A stretch of DNA of 64,000 nucleotides, taken from contig NMRA01000046.1 in NCBI GenBank assembly GCA_002633005.1, forward strand, positions 1,203,126 to 1,267,125, written 5' to 3'. Numbering within the stretch: the stretch's first letter is position 1; each line of letters opens with the position of its first letter. The translations under genes and the position numbers were made by a program. Below the pieces are notes generated by a model. That model made no database searches. It had not been told where the DNA came from and was given only the letters and a program-made list of their open reading frames with translations. This DNA is from Phoronis australis. Taxonomy: Eukaryota; Animalia; Phoronida. Below are positions 13,583-24,612 of this stretch, piece after piece.

Positions 13583-13830
13583 GGGCCCGTTCCAAGAAGC
13601 TGACTTAAGTTCATTTTTGACTTAAGTCTAAGATTTGTCTTCTCTTCCATTCTTTGAAACTTCCACATCCGGTCAAATAGTTAAAATGAAGATGACAGTT
13701 TTATCAAAAACTTAATTCAAATTTAAGATCTCTTTCTAAAAACAGTCTCGAGACAAATTTAAGTTTTATCTAAAAATTTACTAAAATTTAAGATTTGTCT
13801 TAGCTAAGTCAATTTTGTTGGAACGGGCAC
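13583..13830. mobile_element. MITE with CAG 3-bp target duplication (PIF/Harbinger-like)
   Basis: cag-GGGCCCGTTCCAA...TTGGAACGGGCAC-cag; internal repeats of taagatttgtctt. Confidence 0.75.
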
Positions 13831-13833
13831 CAG

Positions 13834-13982
13834 GGCTCAGTTGCATAAAAGTTGTGCGCGGTATAGCAACAATGACGTCGCATTATCACGCGTCACGTTG
13901 TTACTGTTGAACAGTGCTCATGACGTCATGCAACAATCAAACTTATCCAGCGGATAACTTTGAAGTTTTATGCAACCCAGCC
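13834..13982. mobile_element. Second MITE with CAG target duplication, abutting the first
   Basis: cag-GGCTCAGTTGCATAAAA...TTTTATGCAACCCAGCC-cag. Confidence 0.75.
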
Positions 13983-15179
13983 CAGGTGCATGTGAAATTA
14001 CTCGCATGTCTTACGAATACGGAAAATGAGTACGTACTTGCATTTATAAAAGAATTTGAAGTAGGAATGTTGATGCATTATCAACCACGATAGATTCATC
14101 AATCTCATATCAAGATCGCATCATCTCACAGCGCGACAGAAAATTTTAGGGCCACTGCGCTTCAACCTCACCCACCGGAACTACGAAATGTAGCTAGTAA
14201 GCTACCCTATCACTGCCAGTCTTCACAAAGTCTCATTCAGTCTTATAAAATTTAAAACCGCCGTTGGTCGCCGCCTCTCGGACCCGTGCCCCATATATTG
14301 TTCCTAATTCAAAATGAGTCTTTAGTTAGATTCAAGAATCAAGATTGCCAGTGATTGGAACTGAGCTCTTTTATTAACGATGTAAATCAAACTTTTCCGG
14401 ACTATTCAACTCTTGCACACCCTTTAAATGGTTATTAAATAGACACCAGTACAATACCTTATTCATTTTCAGTTCTGAATCATTAATAGAAACTTTCGCA
14501 GTTCTGGTTTTGGAATTGTGGACATTCGAAGTGGTGAACTTTCGAAGGTAGAGAACCTTCGGAGTAGTGAACCCTCTGTCATGTACGTGTAACCTTGGAA
14601 ATCTTTTCCATTAAAATTGTTGCTCGTATGAAATCTGTGAAGCTGTGCACCATTGACATTGATTGACAAGAGAAGACATTTCTTCATTGACCAAGGTTTT
14701 AATGAGGTCTAGACTTACCTATCAATGTGAACATGCTGGGATTTTTCAGTGCAAGAGAACGCGGTAGCAAAACGTCTGATTTTTGAGAAACGACAGAGTT
14801 GTCAGTGAACATACCGTCGGCGAGTACTGAATTTAAACTAACGGAAAAGCACACACATGTACACGCATGTATGTCAATCCACCAATCCAAAATCAAAGTG
14901 GAAACTTGATAATCAAGATATTTGGCGATCACTTTAAATTCAAAATTTGAGGATGCCTGCAATTAATCTAAACTATGCTAGAAAATACACCAAAGTAGCA
15001 AATAACAAACCCCTTTTCTGCTGTTTTGTTTCTTGGTCGATTTTAAAGGCATTCACACTGCACTACTTTGGGGATCTCTCTCGATACTATAAAGTTTGAG
15101 CTAGGCATAGACATTTACTTCTAGACTTCCTTGTTACCCTATGGGGTAGAGACCTAGCGCTTTCAATACCGGTGAATAA

Positions 15180-15805
15180 TAGTACAAGTGAGGGGATGAT
15201 GATGATGATGTAGTGTAGTACAAGTGTGGGGATGATGATGATGATGTAGTGTAGTACAAGTGTGGGGATGATGATGATGTAGTGTAGTACAAGTGTGGGA
15301 ATGACGATGATGTAGTGTAGTACAAGTGTGGGGATGACGATGATGATGTAGTGTAGTACAAGTGTGGGGATGATGATGATGTAGTGTAGTACAAGTGTGG
15401 GGATGATGATGTTGTAGTGTAGTACAAGTGTGGGGATGATGATGATGTAGTGTAGTACAAGTGTGGGNNNNNNNNNNNNNNNNNNNNNNNNNNNNNNNNN
15501 NNNNNNNNNNNNNNNNNNNNNNNNNNNNNNNNNNNNNNNNNNNNNNNNNNNNNNNNNNNNNNNNNNNNNNNNNNNNNNNNNNNNNNNGTTGTAGTGTAGT
15601 ACAAGTGTGGGGATGATGATGTTGTAGTGTAGTGCAAGTGTGGGGATGATGATGATGATGTAGTGTAGTACAAGTTTTGGGGATGATGATGATGTTGTAG
15701 TCTGGTACAAGTGAGGGGATGATGATGTTGTAGTCTGGTACATGTGTGGGGATGATGATGTTGTAGTGTAGTACAAGTGAGGGGATGTTGATGCAATAGT
15801 GTGGG
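15180..15805. repeat. Compound minisatellite, 30-36-bp unit gg(gat)n-gtagtgtagtacaagtgtgg, spanning an assembly gap (N run 15468-15587)
   Basis: Directly visible. Units vary by 3-bp GAT steps, which keeps all three minus-strand frames open. Confidence 0.95.
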
Positions 15806-18800
15806 ATCATCGTTTGTTTTTACCAATTTTTGTCCAGTTTGCGACTATCACCAATTTTGTGCCGGTTCATGTCCAGTCGTTTTTGCTGGCCCGCCCTCTT
15901 CCGTTTTTCAGTTGACTGTAACAGCTCTCAATATCTGCACGTCACTATATATTTCATTTCACTAATATTGAAAAGTATCCATTGCATTAGAGCGTTTAGT
16001 ACATAGTTTGTACAAGAGAATCAAATTCGCTCATACTGGCAACATAACTAATTTACAGAGACGCTTACAATGCACTGTACATGCTTGGAGTTGGGCCCTG
16101 CGCAATTATACTAGTCATTGACTGTGACGCTCTTAACAAATTTTGGACGTTCTAGTAAGAGCAAATACATCTTTTTGTTGAGTTCCATATCGTAATAACA
16201 CATTCCATTTAAAACTTTGAAATATCCCCAAAAAATTAGCGTGGCTGAATGATTTGAAAGAATTATGAACTGATCAGGGTCCCTCTTTTACCAAAGGTCG
16301 CATGTCTGATTGTAGCCAAGACGGTCGCAGGCACGTTATTGCCAAGGTTGGGTTGCCTGTTTCAAAGAGCCAATGTCGAACATTTAGCTGTGTTGCTTCG
16401 CCCAGACAACTTGGAGTAAAATCATGTCCTAACTCAGTTGATGAACAAACTTTCCCTATGATTACGCGTGTTTTGCGCTATCAGGCATGGAACTCTCATG
16501 CTACAAACGCTTTTTTACTGTGTACTACTTGACTTGATGTGTCTGGAGGGATTTAATGCATTTTTAAAAATAATCCTTCGTATTTGTAATATAGCGCCAA
16601 GGGTTTTCTGCAAGAAGGAAACCAATTTCTAGGATTGATTGGGTTGTTTGGAAAAGATTAAAAAATGTTAGTCTTCTCTGACATACTGACAACTGTTCGA
16701 ATGGCTAATAGGAAGAACACTCAACGGGGTTTCTCAAAGATGAAGAGATTCAACAAAGCCATGCCTTTTGGCAATGCTACTTTTTAAGGAAAATGTATGA
16801 GATTCCAAAAATGACAAAAACTGTGAGTTTGACCTTTTTGCAACTAAATCACAAATTCACGACACATCCGGTTCAAACGAGAAGACACGAATCCAAGTAT
16901 TCTTGCTTACTGGGTTCTAGTAATATCGGTAAAATTATGAGATTAACAAAATTTTCCAATAAGCGCTTGTCTGAAGGTTAACTGTATTCGTGTCAAACAT
17001 GCCCCAATGAACGAGCATGCACAAGTGCTGGTCTTTTTCCGGGTAGATCAGAAAAGCTTGAGGTGAAATTTCTGGACTTTATGAGCTCAAAATAACTCCA
17101 AAGAATTACTGAAGACCATTTAGTTCACAAAATTGCCATCAAATCTGACCCACTACATTTTTATCAATTTTGGTGAAGCTACAAGGCCCGAACCGTGGCC
17201 TTAGACCCAAGACTCAATCAAGTCAGAAATTTTATTTGATGTACAGATTCAAGCATTTAAGAAAGGAACTTTAATTCCACTTCATTGAAAAAGAAAGAAA
17301 AATTGTACAAATTATTGATAAACAGTAACCAATGCGGAGAAAGGGGGACTACACTTCGACTGCTTCTCACATGTACTTGGTTACTATAGCAGACAGCGCG
17401 AATTTCAATATCTATGTTTTCTAGTTGTCTATAACTTGAGCTAAGCCTGTTCACACTACTGCCGGGGCGGTTTCTGCGGAGGAAGAACAGTTGACAGTAG
17501 TTGCTAACAGATGTTATTTTTAGTAGAATAGTTTCTTCTTAACGCAATTCACAAACAGACACGCAGAGCAAAAAGGCGCCCTGTGCAATGAAGCATGTTT
17601 TGGTGCACCCAAAACTGATTCTATCTGATGTCTCCAAGAAAAGTATTAGTTTCCTGGGAAATATAAACTCGGAAGGAGTCTTTCCGCACATCCGTCAATG
17701 AATTTCTCTGAAGTGTTAGACACGCCTTCTCATTTCACAGAAATTCAAAAAATTCCCTAAACATTGGAAAGATGTCGACTGTAATTTTGTCACAGATGTG
17801 TAAGTGATTGGATCTAATCAATATGTGCTAATTGGTAACCTTTCAATATATGAAGCAAATATGTTTTTAGCAGCTATCTATTACAACAGTCTTGTACACG
17901 CAGTTTGCCAAACCTTCGTGGAAAAGGTTATGGGAAGGAACCAGCCTAAAGCCTAACTTCAACAGAATTTTGTTACTTAAGATGTATTAGGCTAACCAGA
18001 TAGTCAAAGTAAAGACTTCGTAAAATAAGAAAACGTGAGTTCAATCACACAAGCGTAAGCAAGTCAAATGATAAGTGAAGTTGCCTTTTCGTGCCATGTT
18101 GCATCACCGCGAGATAACAGCAAAAATAACAAAAGGTTGTATTGAATAGGGTTCTGAATAGAACACGGGTGTTATTCGCAGCTGTTTGAATTAAAAGGTG
18201 ATTCTTGCGGTGGCGTATACAAAAGCAAGATAATACGGCTAACTGTTCGTTACATTTGGCAATTTATGGCACTAGTGGGCTAAAAGACGTGCTCTTAACA
18301 TTCTGTAGGAAGCAAATTTACATGAGTTACCGTTGAAGCTAGGCTTTAAGTTAAACAAAAAAGTTTGCCAAACATGTACCTATATAAGCACGAAGAGAGT
18401 GGCTGTTTGCCTCGAGTCTCAATATTATTGTTTAAGTGGATGTGTTATCGTTGTAGACCTTTAATGTTATCCTGGTGGCAGGCAATTTTCAGTTGTGGGA
18501 GCTACGGAATAACAGTTGAGATATATAATTATAGCTAAGTATCTTGCACAGTAGTTTTGTTCAGTGTACTTAGTTTTGAAATTTCTTTATTCCAAAACAA
18601 TCGTCGTCGTAGGATTACTTATTTGATGTCTGTACATTCAATATCTGTTTAGATGTATATCAAATTCTCTTCCTCTGATTGTCTAGGAGAAGTGCAAGGA
18701 GCAGCTACGTGTTCCGTTTTGACAACTAACTAGATTTCATTATAAAAAAGAAACGAAGTCTCATTCATAACACTAATAAATCAATATATTTGCAATTATA

Positions 18801-18847
18801 TTTACATATCTACATGCTATTTACAAATTTCAGTCAGGCGTCGACAA

Positions 18848-19064
18848 CTATACAAGGTATTCTGAATATCTGTCCTTCAAGCAGAATGTGCGAACGGGTC
18901 CTCTGCCAATATCCAGTAAGAGATGACTGTGGCCTGCCTCCGGCTTTTTCGCCTCCTTCAATCTCTTGTTTCTTATTGATTTATTCAGTTGTGCCACGTT
19001 ATTAATGGTGATGTCCGTCAGAGATATGGCGACGTTATGCATGACTGTGGCATTAGATTTGTAC
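18848..19064 (-). CDS. F-BAR protein terminal exon 7 (YKSNATVMHNVAISLTDITINN...DRYSEYLV*)
   Basis: gatttcag acceptor, phase 2 fits exon 6; same frame as ORF 18848..19078. AATAAA on the minus strand at 18586-18591. Total spliced CDS 990 nt = 329 aa plus stop. Confidence 0.7.
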
Positions 19065-19582
19065 CTGAAATCAATCAAAATACATTCTGAAGTGTGCGTA
19101 TATCGGTGACTTGCTAAATGTATGTCAAAGTGAAGTCAACGGCTTGGTCACGGTTTGATCACGTTCAGTTATACGATTAGAACACAACACAACGATAAAG
19201 CATTTTTCTCTGCTTGAAAGAAACCTCTTTACTGCCTGTGCGTTACGATTCCATGCCGTTACTCGAGGCGGTTGGATTTTTGACATCGCCGTCGAATATT
19301 TTGCCGAAAGAGTTCGTCACGCTTGTACTACTAAACCGTGTCATGAATTTCCCAACACGTTGCTTATTTTGATGGTTGGCATGGAACACTGGGGTATTTT
19401 TTCAAAGATTTAAGAGTCCACGTGGAAGATGACATGGTAATATGTTAAAACCGAGTTTGGTATCCGTTTAAACACAGTTGACCCTCATAATAGTTCACGC
19501 TAAGCGTTGAGGAAGTTTTACGAATTGTTACGTTCTTTCCCTTACAACTTATGGAAAGGCCAACGGTGACTTTCAGACTCAC

Positions 19583-19695
19583 AGTTCATCTGCGTGGTTC
19601 GTTATTGCCTTGAAATATTCCATGATTTGGTCTGTAACTGACGCCTTTGCTTTGAGACGCTCACAGTTCATCTGAGTCTTGCAAGCATCCAATTT
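19583..19695 (-). CDS. F-BAR protein exon 6 (KLDACKTQMNCERLKAKASVTDQIMEYFKAITNHADE-L)
   Basis: tttttcag acceptor, gtgagt donor, 113 nt, phase 0 to 2, open frame. Confidence 0.75.
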
Positions 19696-19744
19696 CTGAA
19701 AAATGACAACATTCTCGCACTACCAGTCATTGAGCTAGGTGATG

Positions 19745-20250
19745 TGGCAATACTTAAGGACACATATGTTGGCTTAAATCTGCCTCGATCAAAAAGATCT
19801 CTGTTAGGTCAGGTACGTTCGGGAACTTTGCCTTAGCAAATTGAAACAGGACGGTCCGCAAATATTCCTTCTAATCTAAGAATTTGTAATTGTTGTAGCC
19901 TTAATTCAATCGAAGATGAACTACATTTCACTTTTACCTGCCCATTGTATAGTCGCCTGTGAAATAACCCTTTCCCCGAAACTGCGTCTCACAATTTAGG
20001 CTTTAATTCTTTGGGTTACATTGAAAACGTCAGATTATGTTTCATGGGTTTCGTGACTAATTGGCACAATTTGTAAAAGAAGCCTACTTCAGAAGAAATG
20101 ATAGGTTATACACTACTCTAAATACACGTCGTATTGAAGGTGACAAATAAACCCAAAGGGTTGAGTACATCCATCTAATCTGGATTGTATTGTTGTAATT
20201 TATGACCGTACTTGTCACTATAAGCACTACCTAACCGACTAACTAACTAT
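19745..20250 (+). mobile_element. 3' end of a non-LTR retrotransposon (ORF2 C-terminal CCHC region, RTEX/L2-like)
   Basis: RSLLGQVRSGTLP*QIETGR...RICNCCSLNSIEDELHFTFTCPLY; short (ctaa)n-type tail at about 20230-20248; antisense in F-BAR intron 5. Confidence 0.8.
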
Positions 20251-21057
20251 TCATTCATGCAATTTCTAAATCAGATGAGTTCAATATTAACGTTGTTATT
20301 TTTGTCTCGAGTTCATGCAGTCGAGAAAAGATTAATTTTCAACTAATTGTGTCTCCGAGCTGTTTTCAAATGTGGGTATTCGTGAATTTTAAGATTACAC
20401 TTTATCATCTTTAGCTGACTAAAACAATAGTTAAATCATGCTTTCTGCTGTCGTTAAATCCGTCTCATGACATTCTTTACCGCAACACAATAGTGGTTCC
20501 CTTATTAACAAAAAATCTCTAAACCATCAGCGTCTCATGGAGACCCTTTAAAGTTTAATGGGATTGGTCAACCCTAAAAACGCAAATTCTAAGGGAGTGA
20601 ATGTGTGCATTTTCTGTGACTGGATTTGAAGACGAAAATTGAATCCTATAACAGTAACGCATGTTATGAGAAGGGATTAATGAATGTGAAAGGCTTAATT
20701 CGGCGTTGTCGTTTCTAGCTAGCTGAACAGGCCATAACGTTATTATATCTGACTTAAAACACAAAATAGAAGTTTGGGGTTTATAACTAAGTACTTTATT
20801 TGTTTCAAACTTATGCAAGCCAGCTCACTGCTTATATTTAAGCAAGTTTTAACATGCTTAAATATATACTAGAATATATGGACCTACATTTGTCTTCTTT
20901 AAAATTGTATATTCCACTGTAAAAAAGCGGCAACAGGAAGAACACGTAGAACATTGTTCTAATGAGAATGTTCGTGTCTTTAACTTGATACCGTTCAACT
21001 CGCAGTGCATCCAATGCTGTTTGCGTGTGCACAGAGTTTGCAAATGAATTTTCTTGC

Positions 21058-21252
21058 CTGTCGGAATTCCGAATTTTCATCCTGAATATCACTGTAACAC
21101 TTTTGGAGCTCTTTGTGTGCAAGGTCTCGAGTGTTGTTAGCTTTTTCGAGGTTTACAAAGTGTCTCTTTTTCAGCATATCTCCACGCCCTCTGCTCGGTC
21201 TTTCTATCTCATTCCGAAGCTCTTTGACCTTATTGTCGTGAGTATCACACAT
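21058..21252 (-). CDS. F-BAR protein exon 5 (MCDTHDNKVKELRNE...LQKCYSDIQDENSEFRQ), probable GC donor
   Basis: gttttcag acceptor; coiled-coil sequence within ORF 20995..21435. Best phase-0 donor is CAG|gcaaga; 195 nt. Confidence 0.7.
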
Positions 21253-22790
21253 CTGAAAACAGCATTTTCGTTTATTATGAGCCATGAACAAGTGAAAACT
21301 TTCAGCACTTTGTTGTCTGACTGCTTTTATAGGGCCTACATGGCGCGTGTAGCCATTGGGTATTTTTCCAAAGCGGTACACGGTGCACACCATACACTCA
21401 GATTTGGGCATATTTCGAAAGAGTGTTTTAGCCAAAAGACTAATAAGAACGACAATTATGATAATGAAAGTGATAGCTATACTGATACTTATAATTTTTA
21501 TTTATAAATGATAAAGTAGGACACAATTTAAAACATGCTAAAGCCAAAGGCTACGCAGCACGATCACGTAAATGTGTGTCACATTCTACTTAATTCCTCC
21601 GCAAAAGGGTTTATTCTCAAATCTTATCTTTTCCAACAACAAAGAGCTATAAAATGATTTTTACTTCATATTGTAAAATTTCCGTTGTAAAAGGCGCAAG
21701 CCTGATCATTTTTGACAACATTGCATCTCATCTTGGCTGCTTCAGACTAGGTTGCCCAAGAGCACTGCGAAATGTTTAGGGTTTTAAAGTGTTCTACAGA
21801 AAAGGACGTTTTTTTTGGAATAAAACTCGTTACTTACAACATTGATCAACAAAAAGTGATTTTGAATCTACCATGCTTGGGAAACAACAATACTGTTTTG
21901 AATAGACAGATGGTCAGAATGCTTATTGACATTGCACCTAGTGTTGGATTGCTAACCATATGCAAGCCTAATAATAGACATGATTCACTATCCAAACTTA
22001 ATCAACGTTGTCTACTTAGCAAAAATGTCGTGTAGTATCTCAGATAAATTGTCAAGATTGTGAAAAAATTTGCCTGGATATGACTAATAGATCTTTGTGT
22101 AACGGACTAAAGAACGTTCTAAAGATAACGACAGTGCTGCTCTGAATCCCTCACTAGAGACTGGTCGCAATACTGCTTATTTTGATGTGAATCGCCTTGA
22201 CTCAAACAACCAGTGTATGAGATTGCTTGCAAAGGAGGCTATTCACATAACGGAGAAACACGATTAGCTTTACCTAATCATGAACGCTGGAGCTTACAAT
22301 CTCCAGCTGCAGTGACTGGCGTTTACCTGTTCCCAGCATATTTCTCTCACTATGCGTTTCGACGTGATCCTTAGCAACGTGACTATAAACATACTGTGTT
22401 TTGATTTGATTCATTGATCCTGCCGTTCTACTTCCCCTTGAAGATATTTTCTTATAACAAACCAAAACGTTGGATTTGGGTATGTCAATCTTCAAGTGTG
22501 CGCATGTGATTAGACTCTTGCTACTATTTTGGGTAAAAAGCAAGATTTAACAAAGCTCTCTTGTGGGTAAAATTCCACGGATGTTCCATATCAATGTGAC
22601 CCTCTCTAATTCCACTGACTGTGTAAGTATGTGAGAAAGCAATGTAATTTTCCAGATGGAACCACGATAAAATGCAGTCGAAGTCACACCCGTGTTCTGC
22701 ATGTGCCTGACTTTATACCAGTGACTTTGATTTATGTGTTGAGCTTCAACTAGCATTTGTATTTTTGTAACATATTGGCTTTGCACTTAC

Positions 22791-22896
22791 TTGTTCTCTC
22801 TTTTGAGTCTTCTTTCGCAATTTTGAGAGCAGCCTGTGGACTTCGTCAAGATTGCCTTTAAGTAACTTATTCTGGGACTTGGTTGGGTCGTCATTC
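22791..22896 (-). CDS. F-BAR protein exon 4 (RNDDPTKSQNKLLKGNLDEVHRLLSKLRKKTQKREQ)
   Basis: ttcag acceptor, gtaagt donor, 106 nt, phase 2 to 0; basic helical segment. Confidence 0.78.
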
Positions 22897-23313
22897 CTGA
22901 ATCAGAATACAAAGACACGGTGTGTAAGCACAATGAAAACCAACTACAAGAAAAACAACGCCATGTAAAAGCCTTAATTTGTTTGCATTGGCGGAGTAAG
23001 AGTGTTTCAGGAACGGCGTGGCTTAAAGGATGTTAGCGTTAGCCTCGGAGACGGTCTTGTTTTCTCCGTTGCCTCTTTGGTAGGTGTGGCCACAGTCGGT
23101 CGTTAAAACTGCTTTGTTCATCATTTGTAATTAGAGTAGCGATGCGTTGGTTTATGCTTGTGTCACCAAAGACGCACACTTTTCAGTCTAGGGCGGTTTG
23201 AGGAAAAATTTTAACAAATTCATTATCACGTCAATTTGTGAGAGACAGTGCACTTGAAAACGTCCCCTGACCCCTGAATTCTTGCAAGGTGCTCAGACCT
23301 TAACGCCACCTAC

Positions 23314-23467
23314 CTTTTGTCATAGCCTCGTGCTGTCCAGCGGGGCGTTGGTTCGTAATGGTTAGTTGCAATGTCACTGGCCAATCGACTGTGTGAAATG
23401 GCCGTCTTCTGGCTGTCCTTTGCAATAAAGTCTAACGGCATGAGCACGGAGACGTCGACGCCCGTGT
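23314..23467 (-). CDS. F-BAR protein exon 3 (NTGVDVSVLMPLDFIAKDSQKTAISHSRLASDIATNHYEPTPRWTARGYDK)
   Basis: Open in the required phase (1 to 2). His and Trp spacing resembles PACSIN ELHLEV...KIKNWQKEAFHK. atttcag acceptor, gtaggt donor. Confidence 0.8.
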
Positions 23468-24278
23468 CTGAAATTATAGACAGTTTTTTTCATTTACGGA
23501 AAGACCCACTTAAATAGACAGAACTCAGTCAAAATATTGTTAAAATTGAATACCCAATATGCACTTGAAATATGACTGTTTCTCAGTACCTGGTGTGTGA
23601 AATGAAAGAGGAATATTCACCACCAATATTTTGAAGCTCAGATTAAATTCGATTCTACGTCTACGTTTTCGAGCACTGTCATTGAATTCACGTTGATTAT
23701 ATGCATAAACTTTTTGATAGGTGCTCGATGCCCGGTGATGTAGTGAATGAATCGTCACCAGTGTTAAGTGTGACTGAACATTAATTTACTTGGGCCAAAT
23801 ACAGCCGACTAAGAAATTTAGATTTTTCACCTCTGTAGACAGCAAGAAATAGGTAGCAAACGTATCTTTCCTGACGCGCAACTTGACTCGAGAACGGAAA
23901 CTAAACGGGGACATTTGACAGTTATGTCGTCGCGTGATGAGAGCACAGCCAAATTTAATTTCGTCTTCAAGAGCGCAATATTTAATAAGCTTATTTAGTG
24001 TTCTATCATTACGGTGTTCCCATGAAAACTGTTTCAATCGCCGACAGTGATTCATTAAGATAAGTACCACAATTCATCTTGCACCAGCAATTTCCATGAA
24101 TTCAATATCGGATGTTGAGATATCAAGCACAAGGAAGACTGCAATTGCTTTAAATAACCCGTTAACAGGTTGAAACGGCGTATCTGTTTATCGCTTTCGC
24201 CTAGAAACATCAGACTTGGCTGCGATGAAAACCTTTTAGATGTACAGTGAAAACTTATAAAAGGAACCGTGAACATAC

Positions 24279-24394
24279 TCAAGTATTTTAGCCTGAGCGC
24301 ATCGAATTCCCCAGCCAACTGTGACATCCTTCGGGCATACTCTTTCTCAAGTTTGGTGCGTTCGAGCATCAATCTTTCCAAATCCTTCGTAAGC
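24279..24394 (-). CDS. F-BAR protein exon 2 (LTKDLERLMLERTKLEKEYARRMSQLAGEFDALRLKYL)
   Basis: FCH/F-BAR signature ERxxxEKxYAxxxxxL (cf. PACSIN ERARIEKAYAQQL). ttcttgtag acceptor, gtatgt donor, 116 nt. Confidence 0.85.
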
Positions 24395-24523
24395 CTACAA
24401 GAAATAATACTTGTTGTATCCCAAACTGTTGACTGAGAGATGTGGTGCTGAAGGACAACAAAACTTGCAAACCCTTTATTTGTTACTTGAGTTATGGAAA
24501 TTTATAAAACGACCGCCTCTTAC

Positions 24524-24612
24524 CCGCTGTACGAGTGGATTTCACTCATTTTCCTTTTCAAGTCCGTTTGAAGAGAGTCTATCATGACGACGTTCTTAGT
24601 TTTATCAGCCAT
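24524..24612 (-). CDS. Divergent PACSIN-like F-BAR-only protein, exon 1 (MADKTKNVVMIDSLQTDLKRKMSEIHSYS-G)
   Basis: ATG in aagATGG context, donor GG|gtaaga, 89 nt, phase 2 fits exon 2. A paralogous copy exists at 27414-27501. Confidence 0.75.

Larger units (their letters stand above)
13374..14575. mobile_element. Non-autonomous element bounded by inverted arrays of a 16-bp unit (cactactccgaaggtt)
   Basis: About 5 units at 13374-13452 and about 4 reverse-complement units at 14505-14575; a related degenerate array at about 56625-56712. Confidence 0.65.

Noticed and set aside
15087-15826. Three overlapping ORFs of more than 200 aa
   Set aside because: Explained by a stop-free minisatellite plus an N gap; not called as CDS.
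17257-17473. Possible extra terminal exon of the F-BAR gene (acceptor ttcctccgcag)
   Set aside because: No compatible donor found in exon 7, which has its own stop and poly(A) signal; no SH3-like sequence.
19652-19675. Duplicated cagatgaactgtgag inside F-BAR exon 6 as an alternative donor
   Set aside because: It would be phase 1 and frameshift exon 7, and it is a weaker match (gtgagc).
21025-21507. 160-aa plus-strand ORF
   Set aside because: Antisense shadow of F-BAR exon 5.
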